64,000 nucleotides of DNA from Fibrobacterota bacterium (GTDB lineage Bacteria > Fibrobacterota > Fibrobacteria > UBA11236). The notes under the pieces were generated by a model, which saw only the letters and a list, made by a program, of their open reading frames with translations, was not told the origin of the DNA and ran no database searches. Positions 40,557 through 49,217 of the stretch are shown here, piece after piece. The stretch lies in assembly GCA_023249635.1 (NCBI GenBank), contig JAHFCH010000004.1, positions 13,730 to 77,729 of the forward strand, read 5' to 3'. Made by a program: the position numbers and the translations under genes. How positions within the stretch are numbered: the stretch's first letter is position 1; each line of letters starts with the position of its first letter.

Positions 40557-42056
40557 TTAGTGCAGGACCTCCCTGCCCTCCGACAAGATGGCTTCGGGTC
40601 CCCCGATATATTGGGGTACGCCCTTGAGTACTCCCTGGAACTGGGTAAGGGGCTCGCCCACCACCAACCGGTTATCCCGGATGGCGAACTCGCGGATGGA
40701 ATTCTCATGCGCGCCGCTGCGCTTCTTGATGGCGGAGATGGCCTTTTTGAGCATCCCCCCGTATTCGAAATAGCGCAGGAGCAATACGGTGTCGGCCAGA
40801 TAAGTGAGGTCCGCCGGCGTATGCATCTCCCCCAGAAATCCATGTTGGGCCATCACCAGGATGGAGGCTACGCCGCGTTGGCTCAGGTGGGCCAGCAACT
40901 CATGCAATTGCAAGAGCAGGAATTTCTCTTCCGGCATGGCGTTGAGGTAGCCGTTGAGGCTATCGATAACCACCACCCGCACGTTCTCCTCGTCCACCAT
41001 TTTGCAAATGACGTTTCCCATTTCCCCCGGGGATATTTCCGAAGCGTCCAGGTGGCGCAGGGTGATAAGGCCGGTATTGAGATGGGTTTGGATGTCCATG
41101 CCCAATTCGGCGATGCGCCGCACGTAGGTATGCATGTTCTCGTCGAACAGCATGATGGATACCCGTTCGCCGCGATCCGCGGCGGAAACCGCGAAGCGTG
41201 CCGCAATGGTGGATTTGCCCGCGCCCGCGGGTCCGATGATGAGCGACCCCGTGCCCCGCTCCAGGCCTCCGCCCCCCAGGAGTTCGTCCAATTCGGGAAT
41301 GCCGCTGGGAAGGGATTCCGGCGTGAATGCGGTAACGTTATTCGTGACCTTGAGGCGCGGGAACACCGCCAATCCGCCGGTGGTGATGGCGTAATCGTGG
41401 GCGCCGGTTTCGTATTTCAAGCCGCGCAGCTTGACCACGCTCAATTGCCGGCGTTCCGATCCGAACTCGGATACGATCCGCTTGAGGCTGACCACGCCGT
41501 GGGCGATGCTTTGCACCAATTGCTCTTCATTGCCGCTGCAATCCTCCAGGAACAGCACGGTCGCGCCCATGCGCGCGAAAAATTGCTTGAACCCCAGCAT
41601 CTGCCGGCGGTAGTGCAGGGCATCATGGGCCAGCAGGCGGAACTCGGAAAGGGAATCGATCACCACGCGCTCCGGGGCCGAGCGCTGGATCCTGTCCTGC
41701 ACCAGCCGCACGGTTTGCATCAGCTCCACCTCGGAAGGATGGAACATGGTGTTGGGCGCATCGGTCAGCGATTCCTGCTCGAAGGAGGAGAGTTCCAGGA
41801 TCTCGAGGGTATCCAGGGACCAGCCATGCGACTCCGCCACGGCGGCCAATTCATCCTGGGTTTCCGAAAGGGTGATGTATAGGGACTTCTCGCCCTTGCG
41901 CGCCCCCGCCATCAGGAATTGCAGCGCCAAAGTCGTCTTCCCCACCCCGGGATCGCCTTGCACCATGTACAAGCGATGGCGCGGGAAGCCCCCGTGCAGG
42001 ATCTGGTCCAGGCCGGCAATTCCGGTTTGACAGGGTTCGGCGCGCTTCGCAGACAT
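40557..42056 (-). CDS. KaiC-like double RecA-fold ATPase
   Basis: The two Walker A motifs are GDPGVGKTT and GPAGAGKST, each preceded by G(I/L)(A/P)xLD. The start was chosen at ATG 42056 within track ORF 40557-42164. Confidence 0.85.
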   Translation of the reverse strand: MSAKRAEPCQTGIAGLDQILHGGFPRHRLYMVQGDPGVGKTTLALQFLMAGARKGEKSLYITLSETQDELAAVAESHGWSLDTLEILELSSFEQESLTDAPNTMFHPSEVELMQTVRLVQDRIQRSAPERVVIDSLSEFRLLAHDALHYRRQMLGFKQFFARMGATVLFLEDCSGNEEQLVQSIAHGVVSLKRIVSEFGSERRQLSVVKLRGLKYETGAHDYAITTGGLAVFPRLKVTNNVTAFTPESLPSGIPELDELLGGGGLERGTGSLIIGPAGAGKSTIAARFAVSAADRGERVSIMLFDENMHTYVRRIAELGMDIQTHLNTGLITLRHLDASEISPGEMGNVICKMVDEENVRVVVIDSLNGYLNAMPEEKFLLLQLHELLAHLSQRGVASILVMAQHGFLGEMHTPADLTYLADTVLLLRYFEYGGMLKKAISAIKKRSGAHENSIREFAIRDNRLVVGEPLTQFQGVLKGVPQYIGGPEAILSEGREVLH

Positions 42057-42207
42057 TCGGACTCCAGGCTGGGATTCCCCGGGGGCACGTCCCGGGTCGG
42101 GGAAAAAGCGGATTTTCCCGTAGCATTCCGTTCGAAAATATCTTTCTCCGGGGTGCGTACGCAAATGATTTGCGCGAATCCCCGCGGAGCGGAGATATCT
42201 TATACGG

Positions 42208-43815
42208 GTGGGGATTCCAGGGTCAAAAACCGATCAAATCCGGTATTTGGGCGCCTGGAAACGGCTTGCTCCGGCGATCCTGGTCTTGCTGTCCGGTCTC
42301 GGCTGCGACTTCAAGAATGATGGGAAATCCAAAACCATTCCCACCGCCCCCGAGTACATCACCCGCGATGTAAGCGGCCTCGATGCCGTCCGGCCCATGC
42401 CGGCCTTGGGGCTTAAGGACGGCGATACCCTGCGGCTTTCCGCCGGGCCCGTGAAAAAAGTGATCCACGGCAAGGAAACGCGGATGCTGGCCTATAACGG
42501 ATCCATTCCCGGCCCTTTGGTCAAAGTGCCCCAGGGCGCCACCATCACCGTGCTGCTGCAGAACCATACGGGACTCGCCACCTCGCTGCACTCCCATGGC
42601 GTGCGCATGGCCTCGGCCTTCGACGGAGGCCTGGATACCATCAGCGACGGGGCTGCGGGTACCTACACGCTGCATTTCCCCGATCCCGGCATCTACTGGT
42701 ACCACAGCCACGAGCGCGAGGATTACTCGCTGGAACTGGGCATGTACGGCAATTACCTGGTCGCGCCGCGGGATACCGGGGTGTGGAAACCCGTCGACCG
42801 GGAAATCGTCCTGATCGTGAACGACATCCTCACCGACAGTGCGGGCATCAAACCCTACCGCAAAGACGGTGCGGACTACGCGATGATGGGGCGCTTTGGG
42901 AATGTGTTTCTGGTGAACGGGGATACGGCGTGTACGTTGGACGTGAAACGCAACGAGGTGATCCGCTTCTTCCTGACCAATGCCTGCAATGCGCGGGTAC
43001 TGGCGATCAGCTTGCGGAACGGGGGCACCCTCAAGGTGGTGGGATCGGACAACGGCCCCTACGAAGCGCCTCGCCTGGGACAATGGGAATACGTGGCACC
43101 GGGGGAGCGCAGCGTATTCGAGGCTTACTTCAACGATGCCGGAGAGGATTCCATTATGCACGTTACGCCTACCCGGGCCTTCGGACTGGCCAAAATCAGG
43201 GTCTCGGCCGATTCCGCGACTTCGGGTTTGCATCGCTATTTCCAAAACTACGATACCAACGCCCATGCCATCGCCAGCATCGATTCCTTCCGCGCCGATT
43301 TCGAAAAGCCCGTCGACAAGGAACTGCTGCTGAGCGTGCGCATGGCGGGAATGATCGGGATGGCGGGGGTCGCCAAGACCGCGGCGGCCCAACACGATCC
43401 CAACGGCATGGAATGGGAAGACCACATGGGCGGGGCCAACGAATTATCCACCTCGGAAAACACCACCTGGATCATCCGGGACGTGAAGACGGGATTGGAG
43501 AACCACGATATCCATTGGACCTTCAAGCAAGGCGACCGCGTGAAAATCCGTATCTATAACGATTCCACTTCGATGCATCCCATGCCGCACCCGATCCATT
43601 TCCACGGGCAGCGCTTTCTGGTCACGAGCAGCAATGAGCTGCCCAACGGCGTGGAGTTGGGCTGGAAGGACACCTACCTGGTGGGCCGCGGCGAGCGGAC
43701 GGAAATATTGCTGGACGCCTCCAACCCCGGCGAGTGGATGGCGCATTGCCATATCGCCGAGCATCTGGAGGCCAGCATGATGTTCCACTACACGGTGGAA
43801 AAGGCCGCTCCCTAA
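42208..43815 (+). CDS. Multicopper oxidase (CopA/CueO-like)
   Basis: The copper ligand motifs are HSHGV, WYHSHE, HPIHFHG and HCHIAEHLEASMM. A short Met-rich segment is present. The start is GTG 4 2208 in the ORF track and the N-terminus is uncertain (possible lipobox LLSGLGC). Confidence 0.9.
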   Translation: MGIPGSKTDQIRYLGAWKRLAPAILVLLSGLGCDFKNDGKSKTIPTAPEYITRDVSGLDAVRPMPALGLKDGDTLRLSAGPVKKVIHGKETRMLAYNGSIPGPLVKVPQGATITVLLQNHTGLATSLHSHGVRMASAFDGGLDTISDGAAGTYTLHFPDPGIYWYHSHEREDYSLELGMYGNYLVAPRDTGVWKPVDREIVLIVNDILTDSAGIKPYRKDGADYAMMGRFGNVFLVNGDTACTLDVKRNEVIRFFLTNACNARVLAISLRNGGTLKVVGSDNGPYEAPRLGQWEYVAPGERSVFEAYFNDAGEDSIMHVTPTRAFGLAKIRVSADSATSGLHRYFQNYDTNAHAIASIDSFRADFEKPVDKELLLSVRMAGMIGMAGVAKTAAAQHDPNGMEWEDHMGGANELSTSENTTWIIRDVKTGLENHDIHWTFKQGDRVKIRIYNDSTSMHPMPHPIHFHGQRFLVTSSNELPNGVELGWKDTYLVGRGERTEILLDASNPGEWMAHCHIAEHLEASMMFHYTVEKAAP

Positions 43816-43825
43816 GGGGAGCGCT

Positions 43826-44332
43826 TCAAGCCTCCGGGACGGGCTCCGCGCGCATCAACTGCGCCGATGCCACCGACAGGATGCAATAGCCCAGGAAGAA
43901 CCAGAACCCGTCGTGCAGGGTGGCGGCTACGCCCTCGGACGCGCCGGCGGCCATATACGCCAGTAATATCCCCATCACGAACACGTCGGCCATGGACCAT
44001 TTCCCGATCAGGGCCACGAAGCGGAACAGGGCCATGCGCCCGGGCGCGCGCTTCCATGCCAGTACATAAAGCAGGGACAATCCCTTGGCGAAGGGTACCA
44101 CCACGCTGAACAGCAGGATCAGGGCCGCCACCAGCATGTTTCCGGTATCATACAGGTTACGGATGGTTCCGATGATGCTGCGGGTCTGGTGGAAGATGGT
44201 CATCTTGCCCAGAAAAGGCAGCACGGGGGTGATGTCCAGGGTCAGCGCCGGCCGCGTAAGGCCGGGAACCAGGCAGGCGAAAGAGGCCAAGATCAGGATC
44301 AGGGCGGCGATATTGGCGGGGCGGGTTTTCAT
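43826..44332 (-). CDS. PqiA-like (paraquat-inducible protein A family) membrane protein, single domain
   Basis: There are four hydrophobic segments. NMLVAALILLFSVVVPFAKG is typical of PqiA. No pqiB lies nearby. Confidence 0.6.
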   Translation of the reverse strand: MKTRPANIAALILILASFACLVPGLTRPALTLDITPVLPFLGKMTIFHQTRSIIGTIRNLYDTGNMLVAALILLFSVVVPFAKGLSLLYVLAWKRAPGRMALFRFVALIGKWSMADVFVMGILLAYMAAGASEGVAATLHDGFWFFLGYCILSVASAQLMRAEPVPEA

Positions 44333-44408
44333 CGGTCCAAATTAATTAATTTGGCCCCGGACCCTCCGCCCGCCCGGTCCGGCGCGGCGGGAACCCGGAG
44401 GCCCGCCC

Positions 44409-45119
44409 ATGCATCAGCCCAAGGCCAATGTCACCTGCACCCTGTGCCAACGCCCCTTCCCCAGGCACGCATGTACGCCGGTATCGGCGCTGCGGCCCGC
44501 CTTGGTCGAACGCTTGCGCAAAGCGCGGCCGGACGCGAATGGCGAAGGCTTCCTATGCATAGAGGACCTTTCCAGGTTGCGGGGCGAGATGGTGACGGAG
44601 ATGCTGGAGGCGCAGAAGGGCGAACTCTCGAGCATGGAAGCCCAGGTATTGGGCAGCATCAAGCGCGAGGAGGTGCTGGCTCGCAAGCTGATGCGCGAGG
44701 ACCGCCATCAGATAACCCTGGGGCAGCACCTGGCGGATTTGCTGGCCCGCTTCGGGGGCAGCTGGAGCTTCCTGATTTTTTTCGCCTGCATGCTGTCCTT
44801 GTGGATCGGCGGGAACGCCATCGCCTCCATGGTGTTCGCTAAAAGCGTTTTCGATCCGTATCCCTTCATCCTGCTCAATCTGGTGCTCTCCTGCCTGGCC
44901 TCGGTGCAGGCGCCGATCATCATGATGAGCCAGAACCGGTTGGAAGGAAAGGATCGCAAGCGGGCCGAAAGCGATTACCAGGTGAACCTGAAGGCCGAGC
45001 TGGAAATCCGCAGCCTGCACGACAAGCTGGACCATTTGCTGGACCACCAATGGAAGTACCTGATGGAAATCCAGCAGATACAATTGGAGTTGATGGAGGA
45101 AATCGCCCGCCGCAAGTGA
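44409..45119 (+). CDS. DUF1003 membrane protein with N-terminal Cys motif
   Basis: FGGSWSFLIFF...FDPYPFILLNLVLSCLASVQAPIIMMSQNR...DYQVNLKAELEI is the DUF1003 signature as I recall it. Confidence 0.7.
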   Translation: MHQPKANVTCTLCQRPFPRHACTPVSALRPALVERLRKARPDANGEGFLCIEDLSRLRGEMVTEMLEAQKGELSSMEAQVLGSIKREEVLARKLMREDRHQITLGQHLADLLARFGGSWSFLIFFACMLSLWIGGNAIASMVFAKSVFDPYPFILLNLVLSCLASVQAPIIMMSQNRLEGKDRKRAESDYQVNLKAELEIRSLHDKLDHLLDHQWKYLMEIQQIQLELMEEIARRK

Positions 45120-45155
45120 CCGGGGCGGGCGAAGGGGAAAGCCGGAGAGGCCCGC

Positions 45156-45578
45156 TTAGCCCAGGCGGGCGTCGAGATTGATGGTCACGGCCGCGAGGGC
45201 GGTGGCCACGGGGCAACCCTTCTTGGTGCCTTCCGCGATTTGCAGGAACTTGGCCTGATCGATGCCGGGCACTTCGGCCTGGGTCTTCAAATCGATCTTG
45301 GTGATGCGGAAGCCCGCCTCCACTTTTTCGATCCACACGTCGGCCTCGCTCTGGATGCGCTTGGGCGTGAAGCCCGCCCGACCCAGGTCGGCCGACAGGG
45401 CCATGGAAAAGCATCCCGCCAAGGCGCCGCCGATCAATTCCTCGGGGTTGCTGCCGTTGCCGTTCTCGAAGCGGGTCGAGAAGGAGAAAGGCTGCTCGAA
45501 GCGCCCTCCGAAGGACATCTGTCCGTTTCCGCCTTTCAGATCTCCGAGCCAGGTGGCTTTGGCTTTACGTGCCGGCAT
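45156..45578 (-). CDS. osmC: OsmC-family peroxiredoxin
   Basis: The protein is 140 aa and has NPEELIGGALAGCF and KGCPV. Confidence 0.85.
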   Translation of the reverse strand: MPARKAKATWLGDLKGGNGQMSFGGRFEQPFSFSTRFENGNGSNPEELIGGALAGCFSMALSADLGRAGFTPKRIQSEADVWIEKVEAGFRITKIDLKTQAEVPGIDQAKFLQIAEGTKKGCPVATALAAVTINLDARLG

Positions 45579-45623
45579 GGTTGCGCTCCTTGGGTGCGTG
45601 TGATGTCCGGGAAACTAGCTTTC

Positions 45624-46433
45624 TCATTGCAAGGAGGAAAGCCGATAGGTAAAGCCGAAGGAAAACCCGACTTCACGATCGATTCCCAGGTTCGCGGGCG
45701 GGATTTCCTCGTCTCCGAATTGCCCGGCCAGGGAGAATGCCCAGGGACCGTAACCCTGATCCATGCGCAATATGCCCAAGGTGCTCGATCCGTTCCAACC
45801 GTACTCGCCGACCCCGACCCAGGCGCGCGTCGACTGGAATTTGAAACCCAGCCCTGCGTTGCGCGCTCCCCCCCCGGTCAGGTAGGGGTTGGAGCCGGCC
45901 AGTTCGGTCGAGAAATAAAGCAAATCGGTCAGGCCCACCCGTAGCCCGGCAATGGGATTGACGGTCTTCTTCTCCGCGTCCTTGACGCCCAGGTTGAAGA
46001 GGACCGCCGAAAAGCCCGCGTTCACGCCCACCCATTTCCAATCCAGCCCCAGATAGCCCCCGCCCTCGAAGGCCCGGGCCGATTCCGTTTGGCCCAGGGT
46101 GCTCGGCTGCGCGCTGTCCTTCACCACGGTCAGGTCCTGGACGATGAAATCGCCGTGGTATCCCACCGTCGTGTATTGGGGCAGCAGCTTTTTCCAACCC
46201 GGCGCCTCGGGATTCACGGCCTTGGTGTTGAAGCTATGGCGCATGCTCACCTGGCCCTCATAGAACTCGGAATCGAAATCGCGGGTGCAACCCGTGAGAT
46301 GGTAAGTGCCGCGGCCTCCGGAAACCTTGGCATAGGTGCCGGAGGAATCCGGCATATCAAATCCCACCACGAAAGGCAGGGCGATGCAGAGGAGGAGAAG
46401 GTGAGCGCGGCGGATCCGGGGGAAGGCAGGCAT
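45624..46433 (-). CDS. Hypothetical exported / outer-membrane protein
   Basis: The internal ATG 46433 gives MPAFPRIRRAHLLLLCIALPFVVG. The body is G/Y-rich and beta-like, with a C-terminal FGFTYRLSSLQ. Confidence 0.45.
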   Translation of the reverse strand: MPAFPRIRRAHLLLLCIALPFVVGFDMPDSSGTYAKVSGGRGTYHLTGCTRDFDSEFYEGQVSMRHSFNTKAVNPEAPGWKKLLPQYTTVGYHGDFIVQDLTVVKDSAQPSTLGQTESARAFEGGGYLGLDWKWVGVNAGFSAVLFNLGVKDAEKKTVNPIAGLRVGLTDLLYFSTELAGSNPYLTGGGARNAGLGFKFQSTRAWVGVGEYGWNGSSTLGILRMDQGYGPWAFSLAGQFGDEEIPPANLGIDREVGFSFGFTYRLSSLQ

Positions 46434-46461
46434 GCGGGCTCCTGGACTCGGGTCTGGTTCT

Positions 46462-47088
46462 CTACTTGATTCCCAACTGGCGCATCTCGGCGATGGAGGA
46501 AACGGAAACATTCAGATCGCGCAACAGCCCGTCGGTGATGCCGTAGATCCAGCCGTGCACGGTCAGGTCCCGTCCCGCATCCCAGGCATCCTGGACTACG
46601 GTGGTATTGCAGACGTTGAACACCTGGTTGACCACGTTTATCTCGCACAGGCGATCCACGCGCTTGGAGGCATCCTGGATGGCATCCAATTCCTTCTCGT
46701 ACAGGAAATAGGTCTCCCGGACGTTGCGCAGCCAGTTATCGATAAGGCCGTGCCGGCGTTCTTCCATGGCTGCCACCACGCCGCCGCAGCCATAATGGCC
46801 GCAGACGATGATATGCCCCACTTGCAGCACCGAGACCGCGTACTGCATCACCGAGAGGCAGTTCATATCGGTATGCACCACCAGGTTGGATACGTTGCGA
46901 TGCACGAACAGCTCGCCGGGCAAAAGGCCCACGATCTCGTTGGCCGGAACGCGGCTGTCGGAGCATCCGATCCACAAGTATTTGGGTGATTGTTGTTTGG
47001 AGAGCTTCTCGAAGAAGTCCCCGTCGGTCTTGAGGATATCCTTGGCCCATTGGCGGTTGTTGTCGAAAAGCGATTGCAGCGTATCCAT
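46462..47088 (-). CDS. can: Beta-class carbonic anhydrase
   Basis: CSDSRV and HYGCGGV are the zinc ligands. The start was chosen at ATG 47088. Confidence 0.9.
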   Translation of the reverse strand: MDTLQSLFDNNRQWAKDILKTDGDFFEKLSKQQSPKYLWIGCSDSRVPANEIVGLLPGELFVHRNVSNLVVHTDMNCLSVMQYAVSVLQVGHIIVCGHYGCGGVVAAMEERRHGLIDNWLRNVRETYFLYEKELDAIQDASKRVDRLCEINVVNQVFNVCNTTVVQDAWDAGRDLTVHGWIYGITDGLLRDLNVSVSSIAEMRQLGIK

Positions 47089-47116
47089 GCCAGTAAGGGT
47101 AATTAAATTTCTCCCC

Positions 47117-47896
47117 ATGGATACCGCCATCGCCTGCGAAGGCTTGCGCAAGACCTATTCCAACGGCGTCAAGGCCCTGGACGGCGTCTCTTTCGCCGTC
47201 AAGCCCGGGGAAATCTTCGGCCTGCTCGGGCCCAACGGGGCGGGCAAGAGCACCACGGTCCGCATCCTCGCCACCTTGACGCGACCCGACGGGGGCACGG
47301 CCAGCGTGGCGGGCGGCGACGTGATCGGGGATCCCGCGGCGGTGCGTCTGCGCATCGGCTACGTGGCGCAAGCTTCCGGGGTCGACAAATGGGCCACCGG
47401 CCGCGAGAATCTGGCTCTGCAAGCGCGGCTGATGCGGGTCCCCCCCGCCGCCATCGCCGATCGCGTCCGTTCCCTGCTCGAACGCGTGGCCCTGGCCGAT
47501 GCGGCCGATCGCATCGTCAAGACCTATTCGGGCGGGATGAAGCGGCGCCTGGATCTCGCCATGGGCCTATGTAACGAGCCCGCGGTATTGTTCTTGGACG
47601 AACCCACCACGGGCCTGGATCCGGAAACCCGCGCGGCGCTATGGCGCGATCTCGAGCGGCTGCGCAAGGAACGCAACCTGGCCGTACTGCTCACCACGCA
47701 CTATCTGGAAGAAGCGGACCGCCTCTGCGATCGCCTGGCCATCGTGGACCACGGTAAGGTGGTGGCCGCGGGAACGCCGGGAGAGCTGAAGGCGCAAGTG
47801 GGCGCGGGCGCGACTTTGGACGACGTGTATTTGGCGCATACCGGTAAGCATATCCAAGCCGCGGGACCGTCCGTCATCGGCGGGGAGGCGGAATGA
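47117..47896 (+). CDS. ABC transporter ATP-binding protein (DrrA/ABC-2 type)
   Basis: GPNGAGKST, YSGGMKRRLDLA and LFLDEPTTGLD are present. The start ATG 47117 lies within track ORF 46808-47896. Confidence 0.9.
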   Translation: MDTAIACEGLRKTYSNGVKALDGVSFAVKPGEIFGLLGPNGAGKSTTVRILATLTRPDGGTASVAGGDVIGDPAAVRLRIGYVAQASGVDKWATGRENLALQARLMRVPPAAIADRVRSLLERVALADAADRIVKTYSGGMKRRLDLAMGLCNEPAVLFLDEPTTGLDPETRAALWRDLERLRKERNLAVLLTTHYLEEADRLCDRLAIVDHGKVVAAGTPGELKAQVGAGATLDDVYLAHTGKHIQAAGPSVIGGEAE

Positions 47897-48666
47897 ACAC
47901 ATTCCTCTCCGACACCTGGCATTTGCTGCTGCGCCATGTGCGCACCACCATCCGCATCCCCATCTGGATCGCCATCACCCTCATCCAGCCCGTCATCTGG
48001 CTCACCTTGTACGGGCAATTGTTCCGGCGCGTGGTGGAAATCCCCGGCTTCGGAGCCGGCTCCTACATCCAATTCCTGACGCCCGGCGTCGTGGTGATGA
48101 CCGCCCTCTTCGGATCGGCCTGGTCGGGCATGGGCATCATCGAGGATTTGACCGAAGGGGTGATGGACCGGTTGCTCGCGACCCCGGTAAGCCGCATCGC
48201 CATCCTCTCCGCACGCGTGCTGCATGCCGCCTTGACCGTAGCGGTGCAATCAATCATCATTCTGTTATTCGGCCTGCTGCTGGGAGCGCGCATTCCGGGT
48301 GGCGTCGCGGGCTGCGTTGCCATCCTGTGGGTGAGTTCGCTTTTGGGTGCGGGCATGTCGGCCCTCTCGAACGGCCTGGCCCTGGTCACGCGCCGCGAAG
48401 AGACCCTGATTGCGGTGATTAATTTCTTCGGGTTGCCGCTGACATTCCTGTCCACGGCCTTCATGGCTTCGGAGCTGATGCCGCCGTGGATCCGGACCTT
48501 GGCCCGGGCCAACCCGGTGGACTGGGCCGTGAATGCGGCCCGGGACGCCATGCTGGGCCTGCATTGGGCCGAGGTGGCTCGGGCGGGGGCCATGCTGCTG
48601 GCGTTCGCGGTGGGGTCGGTGTTGGCGGCGACCCAGGCGTTCAAGGCCTACCGTCGCGCATCCTGA
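47893..48666 (+). CDS. ABC-2 type transporter permease
   Basis: It overlaps the ATPase gene as ATGA and has six hydrophobic segments. Confidence 0.8.
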   Translation: MNTFLSDTWHLLLRHVRTTIRIPIWIAITLIQPVIWLTLYGQLFRRVVEIPGFGAGSYIQFLTPGVVVMTALFGSAWSGMGIIEDLTEGVMDRLLATPVSRIAILSARVLHAALTVAVQSIIILLFGLLLGARIPGGVAGCVAILWVSSLLGAGMSALSNGLALVTRREETLIAVINFFGLPLTFLSTAFMASELMPPWIRTLARANPVDWAVNAARDAMLGLHWAEVARAGAMLLAFAVGSVLAATQAFKAYRRAS

Positions 48667-48667
48667 T

Positions 48668-49120
48668 TCAGCGCCAACAGGCCAGGATCATTCCCTGTGA
48701 AAGCAGGATGGCGAACGATCCCGAGGTATTCATCGCGCATAATTTCCAGGATTTGTTCTCCCATGCGACCGCTCCGAGGTGCTGGGGAAGGAAGAAGCCC
48801 AACCAGGTAAAGAACGCGCTCATCAATCCGAACAGGGCGTTGGGCCCGTCGCCCGTACCCAGACCCCAGGTCGAGAACGGCCGCCAGATCTCCTCGCTAT
48901 GCGCCAACACGTACACGGTGAGGAAGGCGCCGATGAATTGCAGGATCATCGCGGTGGCGAACTGCTTGTTGGTGGGTTTGAAGTCCGGCGCCATGCCCAT
49001 CTCCTTCGCCCAGGCTTTCCCGAACAACGGGCCATACCAGAGGAAGCCTATGGCCATGCTCGCCACGACCGCGGCGGCGATGGCTAGCCAGTTGATGTGG
49101 ATGTGGGGTTGGACTGGCAT
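48668..49120 (-). CDS. DUF1761 membrane protein
   Basis: The N-terminus INWLAIAAAVVASMAIGFLWYGPLFGKAW is typical of DUF1761. Confidence 0.65.
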   Translation of the reverse strand: MPVQPHIHINWLAIAAAVVASMAIGFLWYGPLFGKAWAKEMGMAPDFKPTNKQFATAMILQFIGAFLTVYVLAHSEEIWRPFSTWGLGTGDGPNALFGLMSAFFTWLGFFLPQHLGAVAWENKSWKLCAMNTSGSFAILLSQGMILACWR

Positions 49121-49217
49121 GGGAGGCTCCTAGGATAGAAGGGTGTGAGGCCGGAAAGGGCACCGCTAAAAGGTAGTCAGCCGAAGCGAAACGGCGACTT
49201 AGATCAAGCCGGAGGAT

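Noticed and set aside
38441-41882. Plus-strand ORFs 38441-40627 (728 aa) and 40188-41882 (564 aa)
   Set aside because: They lie antisense to the histidine kinase and KaiC genes, which carry clear catalytic motifs. The plus-strand translations are low-complexity and motif-free.
42223-43425. 400-aa minus-strand ORF
   Set aside because: It lies antisense to the multicopper oxidase, which has all four copper-ligand motifs.
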